Assembly: GCA_965246715.1 (NCBI GenBank)
Contig: CBDFFH010000005.1
Span: 32,001-96,000, forward strand
Direction of reading: 5' to 3'
Origin: Chamaesiphon sp.
Lineage (GTDB): Bacteria; Cyanobacteriota; Cyanobacteriia; Cyanobacteriales; Chamaesiphonaceae
Length of the DNA: 64,000 bases
This document shows, one piece after another, positions 31,452 to 41,697 of this stretch. The position numbers were made by a program, and so were the translations under genes. Position 1 is the stretch's first letter. Each line of letters begins with the position of its first letter. The notes below the pieces were generated by a model. That model was not told the DNA's origin, did no database searches, and saw only the letters and a program-made list of their open reading frames with translations.

Positions 31452-32785
31452 CGGTCGATCGATTAATTATTTTCACTCGTTATCCGCTCTCAGGAAAGGT
31501 CAAAACTCGCTTGATTCCAGCCGTGGGAGCAGAGGCGGCGGCGACGCTGCACTGTCAGATGACCGAGCATACAGTCCGACAGGGGCGGCGATGGTTGGCA
31601 TCTACTGGGGGGTTAGGTTCGATTACGATTTGCTTCGATGGTGGAGATTTAGATCGCATGCAGGAGTGGCTGGGTGCGGACTTAATTTATCAACCCCAAG
31701 CAACAGGCGATCTGGGCATTCGCATGGATCGATCGATTGCGTCGGCGTGTGAGTCGGGAGATGATGCTTCACCGGAGCAGCTTTACCAAAGAGTCGTGCT
31801 GCTCGGTACCGATTGTCCGGGATTGACTGCGGCGATAATCGGGACGGCTTTCGATCGATTGTCGAGCGACGATATCGTTCTTGGTGCAGCATTAGATGGT
31901 GGTTATTATCTGATTGGGATGCGACGCGCTCATCCTGAATTATTTACCGGGATCGAATGGAGTACCGATCGAGTTTTGCAACAGACGATCGAGATTGCCA
32001 AGCGGCTGAATTTATCGATCGGTGATGTCTCGACACTGGGCGATGTCGATCGACCGGAAGATTTACACTTATTGTCACAGATATCTACAGGAGCGAGGAT
32101 TTCGATCGTTATCCCCGCCCTAAATGAAGCCCGATCGATTGCTAAAGTAATAGCAGATATTCATGCGCTCCCAAATGTCGAAACGATCGTCGTCGATGGT
32201 GGTTCTAACGACGATACAGTCGCGATCGTGCAAGGATTGGGGGTGAAAGTAATTACTTCCGGGCAAGGACGCGCTCGGCAAATGAATGCTGGCGCTAGGG
32301 CTGCAACGGGCAAAATCCTGCTCTTTCTCCATGCGGATACTTTTTTGCCGTCGGGATTCGATTTGATGGTGCGTGAGGCGCTACAGCCATCGCTGACAGC
32401 AAAAAAATCTTTAACTGTAGCTGGCGCTTTTGCCTTAAAAATTGATAGCGAGCTGCCGAGTTTGCGATGGATCGAACGATTGGTAAATTGGCGATCGCAA
32501 TGGCGGCAAATGCCATATGGAGATCAAGCAATTTTTCTCACTGCAGCGACATTTTGGGAGCTTGGGGGTTTTCCCGAACAGCCGATTATGGAAGACTTTG
32601 AACTGATGCGGCAATTACAACGACGTGGGAAAATTGCGCTTGTCTCGACACCTGTAATTACCTCTGCACGGCGGTGGCTGAAGTTGGGAGTCTGGAGAAC
32701 AACCTTAATCAATCAATCGATCGTGATGGCTTATCTAGTGGGCGTTTCACCAACACGACTAGCTACTTGGTATCGCCGTAGATAG
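31448..32785 (+). CDS. Fused TIGR04282-type (DUF2064) and TIGR04283-type (GT2) arsenosugar-associated glycosyltransferase
   Basis: GTG start overlaps the arsS TGA (GTGA). N-half: GKVKTRL, GTDCP, DGGYYLIG, DVDRPEDL. C-half: IPALNE, VDGGS, FLHAD, YGDQ, SARRW. Confidence 0.85.
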   Translation: MTVDRLIIFTRYPLSGKVKTRLIPAVGAEAAATLHCQMTEHTVRQGRRWLASTGGLGSITICFDGGDLDRMQEWLGADLIYQPQATGDLGIRMDRSIASACESGDDASPEQLYQRVVLLGTDCPGLTAAIIGTAFDRLSSDDIVLGAALDGGYYLIGMRRAHPELFTGIEWSTDRVLQQTIEIAKRLNLSIGDVSTLGDVDRPEDLHLLSQISTGARISIVIPALNEARSIAKVIADIHALPNVETIVVDGGSNDDTVAIVQGLGVKVITSGQGRARQMNAGARAATGKILLFLHADTFLPSGFDLMVREALQPSLTAKKSLTVAGAFALKIDSELPSLRWIERLVNWRSQWRQMPYGDQAIFLTAATFWELGGFPEQPIMEDFELMRQLQRRGKIALVSTPVITSARRWLKLGVWRTTLINQSIVMAYLVGVSPTRLATWYRRR

Positions 32786-32962
32786 CAAAATACCCAAGTC
32801 GATTGTAACCAAAGCGGTTTAATGGAAACAAACAGACATTGACGATTGCATATTTACCAAGTCGATCCTGAAGTCTCGAGCGGCGATAAGCGTCAAATTC
32901 TCGATTTTTCGCAATGACTATATCGATCGGCACAAAACAGCTACAAATATCGCTAAATTTGC

Positions 32963-33631
32963 CTATTTCGCCACTGCTGAATCCGGCATCATGCTTTGCA
33001 TAAATAACATTGCCTTACCCACCAACTCCGCCCCCGCTTTTTCCGGCGATCCGGTATCGAATGGCGGAGCAGGATCGTACTCCAGCAATAGTTGAGTAAT
33101 CTTGGCGATTTCTGCACCATAAAGGATACTCGCGATCGTCAGCCCAAAATCGATACCTGCTGTCACACCACCACCAGAAATCCGATTGCGATCGACTACC
33201 ACGCGCTCGGTACCTACTTCTACACCTAACTGGGCGAGTTGGGAGCGTGCCGCCCAGTGAGTAGCTGCTCGATAGCCATCGAGTAGTCCTGCCTTAGCCA
33301 AAAACTGCGAGCCACCACACACAGAAGTAATAAATTTGGCGGTGATGCCTTGTTTGCGAAGAAATGCTAGTACCTCTGGATCGTCTTCTACTACTGCCTG
33401 TCCCAGACCGCCACCGATACAAACAATATCTAATCGCGGGCAATTTGCGAAGGTGGTATCGGGTAAAACCATCATGCCATCGTCGGTTTTGACTGGCTCT
33501 AGGGTTTTCCAGATCCGATAAGTCTCGACACCAGGTAGTGGGCTTAAAACCTGTTGTGGTCCGAGTATATCGAGCGATGTCATACCGGGATAAAAGACCA
33601 AACCAAGAGTGTACTTTGGGGAGTCAGTCAT
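32963..33631 (-). CDS. DJ-1/PfpI family protein (isonitrile hydratase-like)
   Basis: LD..GP, SVCGGS nucleophile elbow, ATHW, GGVTAGIDFGL, EYDP.PPF. Confidence 0.88.
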   Translation of the reverse strand: MTDSPKYTLGLVFYPGMTSLDILGPQQVLSPLPGVETYRIWKTLEPVKTDDGMMVLPDTTFANCPRLDIVCIGGGLGQAVVEDDPEVLAFLRKQGITAKFITSVCGGSQFLAKAGLLDGYRAATHWAARSQLAQLGVEVGTERVVVDRNRISGGGVTAGIDFGLTIASILYGAEIAKITQLLLEYDPAPPFDTGSPEKAGAELVGKAMLFMQSMMPDSAVAK

Positions 33632-33733
33632 AAATCGATTTCCTAGTGATGAGAGCAATAAAGCTGATAATGTCTATACTAAGAGTGGAAATCGATCGGG
33701 CATAGTCCTCGATCGGGTACTCTTTTTGACACT

Positions 33734-34417
33734 ATGGTTGGTTCCTTACAGCCTTTATTTACAGCGATCGATCTAGTCGAATCAGAACGAGAGTTGAAAA
33801 CGGATGTCATCCCAAAAGTTGGCGAGCATTTCACAGCTAAACGAGTGGGGATCTTTTTCTTTGACCAACTTTCACAGCTAGATCCCAATCTTCAGAAGCT
33901 GTTCAAAGTTGCACTATCAATCGAGCTTAATCCAGTTGCCCGTTATCTAACAGAGCGTCACGCACCCGTACATGAAGGATTGGTAACATCACCCAAGGTT
34001 TGGAAGATGATTTGTCCCCGTCCCGACCACTGGCATGTGATGGCGGGGCCAATTGTCGTTCGCGCTCAACTTGTAGGTTCGGTAGGCTGTACTCGCGATC
34101 GATCGATGCCTGCTTTCGATACCCAAAATCTCGCCGATTTGAGTGGGATCTGTTTGCACTTATCGATCTGGGCGGCAACAACGCGTTCGCCTGGCGTTTC
34201 CGCCGGAAAATCGTCATCCCCATCTGGCAAAATTAAGCTATTGACAGCGCGTGAATTGCAAATTGTCGAACTAGTTGCTTTGGGGCGCACTAATGCTGAA
34301 ATTGGTACTGAGCTGTGGATTACTGAGAATTCAGTTAAGCAGGCTCTGAAGCGAATGTTTCGTAAACTTGAAGTCTCCTCTCGTACCGAAATGGTGGCAC
34401 AGCTTTCTACTTGTTAG
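33734..34417 (+). CDS. GAF-LuxR transcriptional regulator, divergent from the DJ-1 gene
   Basis: C-terminal LTARELQIVELVALGRTNAEIG..L.I.ENSVK. Confidence 0.88.
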   Translation: MVGSLQPLFTAIDLVESERELKTDVIPKVGEHFTAKRVGIFFFDQLSQLDPNLQKLFKVALSIELNPVARYLTERHAPVHEGLVTSPKVWKMICPRPDHWHVMAGPIVVRAQLVGSVGCTRDRSMPAFDTQNLADLSGICLHLSIWAATTRSPGVSAGKSSSPSGKIKLLTARELQIVELVALGRTNAEIGTELWITENSVKQALKRMFRKLEVSSRTEMVAQLSTC

Positions 34418-34556
34418 TTGGTATTTGGAGCGACCACAGCCGATCGATTGGCGATGTTACCAGACAGCTTGCTTTGTCAAATTGATGGAGTAAATCCTCC
34501 TAAACCAATATTTGGTGAAAGGATTTCAGGTTCTTGCTGGTAACACTTAAATAGAC

Positions 34557-35075
34557 CTAAACAGATCGACAATTTAGATACATAGCAACCCGATATTGTA
34601 GTCCTTGGGCAGCTTCTTCGGCTAATACCCGATCGATTTCGGCCGGAAGCTCGTCAGCATGATAACGCGTGAACCCCAGCCGTTCGTACATCGGCGCATT
34701 CCAAGGCAAATGAGCGAACGTAGTCAAAGTTACCGCTTGGAGATCCATCATCTTTGCCCATCTCACCACGCATTTAACCAGCGCCGTCCCAATTCCCTGT
34801 CGCCCAGATGTTGGCAAAACATCCAATTCCGCCAAAAAGGCCATCCGATCGATAATACTGGCAAGTGCAAACCCAACAGGTCGATCGTTAGCATCAGCCG
34901 CAACCCATAGCTGTCCCAACAGTCTGGCTCGCTCGTGAATCTCGATCGACAACACTTCATCTACCATCCCAGCCGGAAAAGTCCCAGGCGGAAATCTGGT
35001 GGCAGCTTCCAGCTCGATCGTGGGTAAGACGAAGAGATCGTCATGATGCGCCAGTCTGATGCGGTATCGCTCCAT
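34557..35075 (-). CDS. GNAT family N-acetyltransferase
   Basis: ELDV.P..GRQGIGTAL, LTTF..LPWNAP.Y.RLGF. Confidence 0.88.
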   Translation of the reverse strand: MERYRIRLAHHDDLFVLPTIELEAATRFPPGTFPAGMVDEVLSIEIHERARLLGQLWVAADANDRPVGFALASIIDRMAFLAELDVLPTSGRQGIGTALVKCVVRWAKMMDLQAVTLTTFAHLPWNAPMYERLGFTRYHADELPAEIDRVLAEEAAQGLQYRVAMYLNCRSV

Positions 35076-35234
35076 CTGCCCAACCTCTAACTTATCGCTG
35101 AGTAGTGCCCAGAAATTCGATCGCGGAGATTTTTAGAATCCCTTTCGATCGCATTGCCGCCCGAATCGACTCGCTACTCGATTCGGTTACCATTAATTGT
35201 AAGTAGTATCCATCGTGTCGATCGAGAAGAAAAA

Positions 35235-35645
35235 ATGAAACTTAAATATGCTTACACTAGATTAAATGTCGAAAATTACCAGGCTTGCAAGCAATTTTAC
35301 CAAAAGGTTTTAGGTTTTGAGGTTTTGTATGCCAACGATGCCCAGGAATATGCTGAGCTAGCCACTGGGGAAACCACAATTACCATCCTCAATCGCAATC
35401 GCTTGAAAGAGTTTATCGGCTCGGCAGCTACAGCCACCTATGATGCCAATGATGCCAAGATTGCCTTGACTTTTATGGTACCTAATCTAGATGAAGCGAT
35501 CGCTGAGCTAAAGACCCACAGTATTACTCTCGTCAATAACCCATGGCAACGCCCAGAGGATGAGCTGATGCAGGCGGGGGTACTGACGGCATGTTTTCGC
35601 GACCCAGATGGTAATCTGATTGAATTCGTCCAATTATTAACCTGA
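35235..35645 (+). CDS. VOC/glyoxalase family protein
   Basis: FY.KVLGF, FRDPDGNLIE. Confidence 0.88.
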   Translation: MKLKYAYTRLNVENYQACKQFYQKVLGFEVLYANDAQEYAELATGETTITILNRNRLKEFIGSAATATYDANDAKIALTFMVPNLDEAIAELKTHSITLVNNPWQRPEDELMQAGVLTACFRDPDGNLIEFVQLLT

Positions 35646-35802
35646 TCGGCAAAACCGATCGCGAGACGATCGGCAATACTATAGAGTTTCGGGGGAGGTG
35701 ATATTTGCGACAGGATCGAAAAAATGTTTGTGGTAATGTCTATACAGCATTCGGGATTCAGCTTTCCTGACTGACACTGCCTCCCTAAATCACTCAAAAT
35801 CC

Positions 35803-38043
35803 ATGTATCAGTTTCGCATCAGTGCTTACACGCAAACTGGGGAATATATCGGTCTAGTCGGTTCTACGCCTGAGTTGGGGATGTGGGATGTTCGCAACTG
35901 CCTTCGTCTGCACACGAGTGGCGATCGCTATCCGATCTGGTGGACGGAATACATTCAGCTGTCTGATAAATCTAGCGATCGTGTTGAATACAAGTACGTA
36001 CATCTCGATGCCGATGGGAATGCTCGGTGGGAAGCTCTGGGTGTAAATCGTTGGGTTCCGATCGAGCCAGAACTACCGTCTGCCAAGATGATTGTCGATG
36101 ATGGTGCATTTGGTTATTTACAGCCTTATCCCTTCGGCTACGTTGAGGAAGCTGCGGTGCAAAAGCCGCAGGTAGCCAACAATAGCGGGCTGAAAATTGC
36201 AGTCATCGGCAGTTCTGTTGCTTGGGGTCATAAAGCTTGGCGATTGGCGGGCTGGGCTGAGCAACTAGGACGGGTATTGCACCAAAAATATGGGCACCAA
36301 CTCATCAATGTGTCAGAAGTCGGGGCAAATGTCAGCAGAACGATCGCCAGATTTGACGCAGTTGTCACCCCCGAGCGACCGGATCTGGTAATTATTGCCC
36401 TATCGCTGGGTAATGAAGGATTCGCACATTGCCATGCCCGCGACCGCCGTGCGGCACAGCGGCGGTTTGAAAGTGGCTTGCAGCAGTTGGTGAAAATGAG
36501 CCGCAACATCGGTGCGCGACCGATCCTCGGCGGAGTCTATCCGCATAACGATTATCAACCCGAACATCGCGTGCTATTGCAAGATACCCACGATCGGATG
36601 TTGAAGTGGGACATCCCAGTTTTGGATTGGTTGGCAGCAGTAGATGATGGGCAAGGACGATGGCGACCTGGTAGCTCGTTCGATCCGGCTCACCCCAATA
36701 CGATCGGGCATCAACTCATGTTTGAAGCGATCGATTTATGCGCGTTCGATCTCGATCGACAGCAACTAGATCGAGAACGCCAACACCGCTTGCAACCGCA
36801 TGAAGTCTCAGTCTATTCCAACAATCTCGGATTCGATATCTGGGCTTGTCCCGCCGAAAATCGGGTGCGAATTAGTAATCGATCTCCAGCCAACTATACG
36901 ATCGCGCCCTACTGTCAGCAACTCCAAACCGCCCTGCGACGGCAAGCAAAACTCCTGCCTGGTGTCTACATTAGCTCAACACCCCGATCGGGAACGCTAC
37001 CATTTTTCGCCGTGCCAGCAGATGGATCGATCGAGAGTACTATCGAGATTCCTGCAAGTAGCGATTTAGAATATACCGCCAGCTTCCAACTTTGCACGAC
37101 CGCCAACCCACAGCTATTCTTTGATAATGGCGAGGTGCGGATGCTGCGATCGGACGCTCTGCACCTCTGGATAATTAACGAATCCGACCACGAGTACAAT
37201 ATCCAGCCGATGTGGGAAGAAGCAAGCATCGCGTTAAAAGCCCTGCCTGCTGGTGTCTACACAGATCCGCTCTACCCCGATCTGCCATTCCGTACCTTGA
37301 CGATCGGGGATAATGGTTTGGAAAGTCGCGTAAAAGTCCCCGCACAATCAGCCATCTGGTTTGAATATCACTGCAAGTTATCCGAGATCGAGCGGATCGC
37401 GATTTTGCCGTTAGGCGATCGCTGTGCCGTACGGATGATGTTATATAAAATGCAGTACGATGGCCCCGCATTTCCCTTCGATCTGACACGCACGACCGAG
37501 ATTGCCGATATCGCCGATATCATCGACACTGGATTTGCGGACATGTGGAATCCGCACCTGCTACATTACGATGCCTTCATCCGACGCATCTACCATCAAA
37601 AATGGACAGGATTATCTTTTGCCCATGAGGTGGAAGATGACGAGCATCCCGAACACGATATGTCGCCAGTCTTCGAGCGGATGCGATCGCGTTATTCGGC
37701 TCGCGCTCAGCGGTTTTGGTATACGATCGCGCATTGCGATCGGGCATTATTTATCCGCACCGGAATTGCCGATCGGGGTGGTACGCTAGATTTGGTTGAA
37801 AAATTAGCAAAAAAATGCCAAGGCAAACCGTTTCAACTGATGATTCTCTCGCCGCAACCTAGCGATGAGTTTGCAGATATTCCCAATGTATTGCATTTCG
37901 AGGCAGACTTTAATCCCGATCTCATGTACGCAGATGTAGAACATTGGCTGCATTGTACGGGCATCATGCACGAGATTTTAGATAAGGTCGGGGTATCTAG
38001 CAAAAACTTATTTTGGTGTCCGCCTAAGTTACCACCGCAATAG
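35803..38043 (+). CDS. CBM20 + SGNH hydrolase + DUF1796 (papain-like) multidomain protein
   Basis: CBM20 (GE.I.LVGS.PELG.WD, YP.W, EYKY, WE..NR); SGNH (GSS, SLGNE, DPAHPN); DUF1796 (LGDRC, PFDL, FAHE, RF). Confidence 0.75.
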   Translation: MYQFRISAYTQTGEYIGLVGSTPELGMWDVRNCLRLHTSGDRYPIWWTEYIQLSDKSSDRVEYKYVHLDADGNARWEALGVNRWVPIEPELPSAKMIVDDGAFGYLQPYPFGYVEEAAVQKPQVANNSGLKIAVIGSSVAWGHKAWRLAGWAEQLGRVLHQKYGHQLINVSEVGANVSRTIARFDAVVTPERPDLVIIALSLGNEGFAHCHARDRRAAQRRFESGLQQLVKMSRNIGARPILGGVYPHNDYQPEHRVLLQDTHDRMLKWDIPVLDWLAAVDDGQGRWRPGSSFDPAHPNTIGHQLMFEAIDLCAFDLDRQQLDRERQHRLQPHEVSVYSNNLGFDIWACPAENRVRISNRSPANYTIAPYCQQLQTALRRQAKLLPGVYISSTPRSGTLPFFAVPADGSIESTIEIPASSDLEYTASFQLCTTANPQLFFDNGEVRMLRSDALHLWIINESDHEYNIQPMWEEASIALKALPAGVYTDPLYPDLPFRTLTIGDNGLESRVKVPAQSAIWFEYHCKLSEIERIAILPLGDRCAVRMMLYKMQYDGPAFPFDLTRTTEIADIADIIDTGFADMWNPHLLHYDAFIRRIYHQKWTGLSFAHEVEDDEHPEHDMSPVFERMRSRYSARAQRFWYTIAHCDRALFIRTGIADRGGTLDLVEKLAKKCQGKPFQLMILSPQPSDEFADIPNVLHFEADFNPDLMYADVEHWLHCTGIMHEILDKVGVSSKNLFWCPPKLPPQ

Positions 38044-38050
38044 ACTGTTA

Positions 38051-38077
38051 GGGGATTGGGGATTGGGGATTGGGGAT
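38051..38077. repeat. STRR-type heptamer tandem repeat, about four copies of GGGGATT
   Basis: GGGGATT GGGGATT GGGGATT GGGGAT between convergent genes. Confidence 0.8.
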
Positions 38078-38133
38078 AGAAGAATTTTAGGTCTATCGAG
38101 ACTTCCCAATTATGAGTTGGCGTAGCCTCTCCA

Positions 38134-39660
38134 CTAGGAGAAACTGACTTTACCGAACAACTCAATAACCGTCGGCTTCATGACTTTCCCCATCGCATTG
38201 CGTGGTAATTCAGCAACTAGGATAATTTCCCTCGGTACCTTATAAACCGCCAATCGCTCCTTCGCCCAACTCCGAAACGCTGCTAGTGTTAATTGACCCT
38301 GAGGCTGCAACACCAGCGCCACACACACGCGCTCTCCCCATTCCAAATCCTCAATTCCCACCACCGCACATTCGACGATATCGGGATGAGTTCGCAGCAC
38401 TTCCTCGATTTCCAGCGCCGAAACCTTATAACCACCAGTTTTGATGATATCGACACTCATCCTCCCGAGAATCCGGTAGCTACCATCTTCCACTACCGCC
38501 AGATCTCCCGTACAAAACCAGCCATCTCGAAAAGCTTTAGCCGTTGCTGCGGGATTTTGCCAATATTCTCTAAACACACCCGGACTTTTAACCTGAATTT
38601 CTCCTGGAGTTCCTGGTGCGACTATTTCCCCGCTCTCATCCACCAATCTCACTTCCACCTGCGGTAACGGCTCGCCGACAAATCCCGATCGACGTTGCCC
38701 GTGCAGCGGATTGGATAGTGCCATCCCAATTTCCGTCATCCCATATCGCTCCAGCAAAAAATGACCGCTAAGCTGCTGCCACTCTTCTAAAACTCGAACT
38801 GGTAATGCTGCCGAGCCAGACACCATCAAGCGCATCCTCCTGCCACCTGCAGACATATTTTCCTGGAGTTCGCCGGTAGCTTGTTGCCAAGCGTTAATCA
38901 GCTTGACATAAATCGTCGGCACAGCCATAAATAGCGTTAAATCCCCCTTGCAAATTCGATTCCAAACCGTTTCCGGATCGAATTTTGCTAGCATGTGACA
39001 TTGCGCCCCAGCCCATAAAGCACAAGTTAAGACATTGACAATGCCATGAATGTGATGCAGTGGCAATACATGTAAAATACGATCGCTAGTAGTCCAGTCC
39101 CACGCGGCGACTAAACTAGTTACTTGCGCTTGAATATTTTCATGGGTCATCACGACACCCTTGGGCTTGCCTGTCGTACCACTGGTGTAGAGAATTAATG
39201 CCCGTCTGTGAATATCTATCTCTGGGAGCGAATCGATCGAGTCTGGGAGCGGATCTGAAGTGAGGGTAAATCGTAAATCGTGCGTCTCTGAAATCGGGCG
39301 CAGTACTGCCTCAAAGCTAGGATGAGCCAAGATATTTACCGCTCCAGAATTGACAATAACATATTCCAATTCCGGTCGGGGATGGGAAACACATAGCGGT
39401 ACGGCAATACCTCCCGCCAGCCAAATTCCCCACAGCGTTGCGACATACTCAAATCCTGGCGAGATCAGCAGAGCAATTCGCTGTTCTTGTAAATCGGGAA
39501 CATTCTCGAGCAAATTTGTGGCGATTTGGCTAGCAGTGTGGAGCAAATCTCGATAGGTAAATGCTCCTTCATCTGTTACGATCGCGATGTTCTCACTCTG
39601 CAACCGCGCACGCGCAATTAGGGGTAGATTCACTGTTTTATCGATCGATTTTATAGTCAA
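38134..39660 (-). CDS. Acyl-CoA synthetase (malonyl-CoA synthetase/ACSF3-like)
   Basis: YTSGTTGKPKG, LPLHHIHG, ERYGMTEIGM, TGD, GR..DIIK.GGYKVS, PRNAMGKV. Confidence 0.9.
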   Translation of the reverse strand: MTIKSIDKTVNLPLIARARLQSENIAIVTDEGAFTYRDLLHTASQIATNLLENVPDLQEQRIALLISPGFEYVATLWGIWLAGGIAVPLCVSHPRPELEYVIVNSGAVNILAHPSFEAVLRPISETHDLRFTLTSDPLPDSIDSLPEIDIHRRALILYTSGTTGKPKGVVMTHENIQAQVTSLVAAWDWTTSDRILHVLPLHHIHGIVNVLTCALWAGAQCHMLAKFDPETVWNRICKGDLTLFMAVPTIYVKLINAWQQATGELQENMSAGGRRMRLMVSGSAALPVRVLEEWQQLSGHFLLERYGMTEIGMALSNPLHGQRRSGFVGEPLPQVEVRLVDESGEIVAPGTPGEIQVKSPGVFREYWQNPAATAKAFRDGWFCTGDLAVVEDGSYRILGRMSVDIIKTGGYKVSALEIEEVLRTHPDIVECAVVGIEDLEWGERVCVALVLQPQGQLTLAAFRSWAKERLAVYKVPREIILVAELPRNAMGKVMKPTVIELFGKVSFS

Positions 39661-40514
39661 TTCTATCCGATCGCTATGAACACAACGCCATCGGGTAATT
39701 TTCTAACCAAAGAGATACTGACGGTCGAGCGATATTTTAATGAAACCAAATCCTGGTGGGCTGTTAGATCCAAAAGATGCGATCGGTACCATTCATCTAG
39801 ACTTTGACGACTTGCCTTGTTAATACCTCCATGACAATAACCATCGGACCAAAGATCGATTCCGCAAAGCGGAGGCTACGCCAACGAATTAACTCGATCG
39901 ATCGAACCCAAAATAATCGATCGATTATTTTGACAGGGTATGAAGATGCTCCTCAATGGCGATTATCTCCGGTCATTCGTGACAAGTTAAGAAGCGATCG
40001 CAGTTGTCAAGCGGGTTTGAGGCGATGAATCGAAGAAAAAATTGTCCGTTCGACTTACGGAATCAGGAAAAGGTGCAATAATCAACTTTTGATGAGGTTT
40101 TCGGAGCGTTTTAACAATACCCAAATCTTGATTTTCGGGAGCCGCAAAATATTTAACAGGGTCAGTAGCTAAATTTTTGTGATGAGCAATATAAAAATGA
40201 TAAAGACCTCTATAAATCATGTCTAAGGAAATGCGGTCGAATGGGAGAGATAGTTCATCGACGACAGCATCACCTAAATCGACTAGTACTGCATAGAATA
40301 ACCAAAGCCGTCACCAAGGCAAAATTCGCTCGAATTTTGCCTTGGTAAATTCAATACTTTGTGGCAGCGGTCGCTGTTTTCTATTGTGCCACTTCATTCT
40401 GAATTCTGGTAATAATTCCTTAAACACTCTTTCAAATAACTCGGCTGGAAAGGTCAAGAATCTTTGAGCAATCGCCTGCTGACTTACTTTTGTCGGCTCA
40501 CACCATAAAAATCC

Positions 40515-41341
40515 GGCGTTGCTGGATTAAGATATGATTTGGCGATCGAGAGGTAATCTGTGCCGTCGATCGCCAGAACTAACTGAATTAGGAGTTGGTA
40601 CTTCACCAAATTTAAGATAATGAATTAACAATCTAATAGAATGCTTTAGCATTTGTTCGCACTTAGAATAACATAATGTTTTTCTTTTTAATCGAGCTAA
40701 GTAATGTCTGAGCCTAGTGTTTTCACCCTCAACTCTTGTCATATAAGTTTTACTCACGATTTGGTCACCATCTGGAATAAATATTGGATAGACCCTCCAC
40801 CCATCCGTCACATAAAAATAACATTTCCATGTACTTACCAAATTCTCCCATAGCGGTCTAAATGTCTTAGCACTGTGGTCGCCTAATACCCATCCTAAAA
40901 TACCCATCTGAAAGTGATTTACTGCCGTCCAGAGCCAGATCTTGTTTTTTTTGAGCCAACAAACGTCTCTAACTCATCCAACTCACCAACTTCTGGTATT
41001 TGGTCTGAATTATAGTAATCTGGGAGATTTGCCCCTACTTGCTTCACCCAATCCATGACAGTTGTATTATGCACACCCATTACTCTTTCTATTGCTCGAA
41101 ATCCCATCCCATTAACATACATTGACAAACATTTCTGCTTGATTTGTGGTGAATATCCTCTGTGTGCTTCATAACAATCTATAAATTGCCGTCCGCAGTC
41201 TTTACAAATATGGTTCTGCTTTCCCTTTATTCGCCCATTTTTATTGATATTGGACGATCTACATTCAGGACATTCCATTTAGATATTTGCTCTTGTTACT
41301 TCTCTCGATCGCCTTAGATCATATCCTAATCCAGCAACGCC
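40515..41341 (-). mobile_element. IS1-family insertion sequence (827 bp) with 8-bp target duplication
   Basis: IRs GGCGTTGCTGGATTA(A/G)GATATGAT; TSD AAAAATCC at 40507-40514 and 41342-41349. Confidence 0.95.
40527..41278 (-). CDS. IS1 transposase InsA/InsB joined by a programmed -1 frameshift
   Basis: InsA zinc finger CPEC...CKDCGRQF, ELDELETFV; A8C slippery site at 40944-40952; InsB VTDGW..Y, TRVEGENTRLRHYLARL. Confidence 0.9.
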
Positions 41342-41697
41342 AAAAATCCTTCTCGCTCTAGCATTCGACTTAGTTCTCTGACTCCTGGCACATTCCGCCA
41401 TAGTAGCGTCAGCACTGCTGCCATCATCAATGGCAAATTTAACAGCCGATTTATCAGCCCCAATTGTCGGTAGTAATGACTTTGGTTGAAGATTGCTGGT
41501 GTCAATAAAGCATCTAATTGAGCGGCGATGACTTCCTCTTCCACACTTGGTTGGTTGTGCTTTTTGGCGTGGTCACGGTTAGTTCTGCGGCGGCTGGTCA
41601 TCAGGTATCTATTGCCTCAAACTGTTGACTAGAAGCAGTTTGACATCTTTCCTCAGCCTCTTGACAAATCTCTGATTTTCTTAACTTGTCACTAATG

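Larger units (their letters stand above)
39987..41601 (-). pseudogene. IS4 transposase pseudogene
   Basis: LEREGF|LWCEPTKVSQQA reads through once the IS1 is removed. The frame stops at FERILPW*, then jumps to C-terminal WLFYAVLVDLGD...MIYRGLYHF. The catalytic core is missing. Confidence 0.85.
39974..41697 (-). mobile_element. IS4-family element, internally deleted and interrupted by IS1
   Basis: Terminal IRs CATTCGTGACAAGTTAAG / CTTAACTTGTCACTAATG. Transposase pieces at 41342-41601, 40311-40514 and 39987-40305. No target duplication. Confidence 0.85.
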
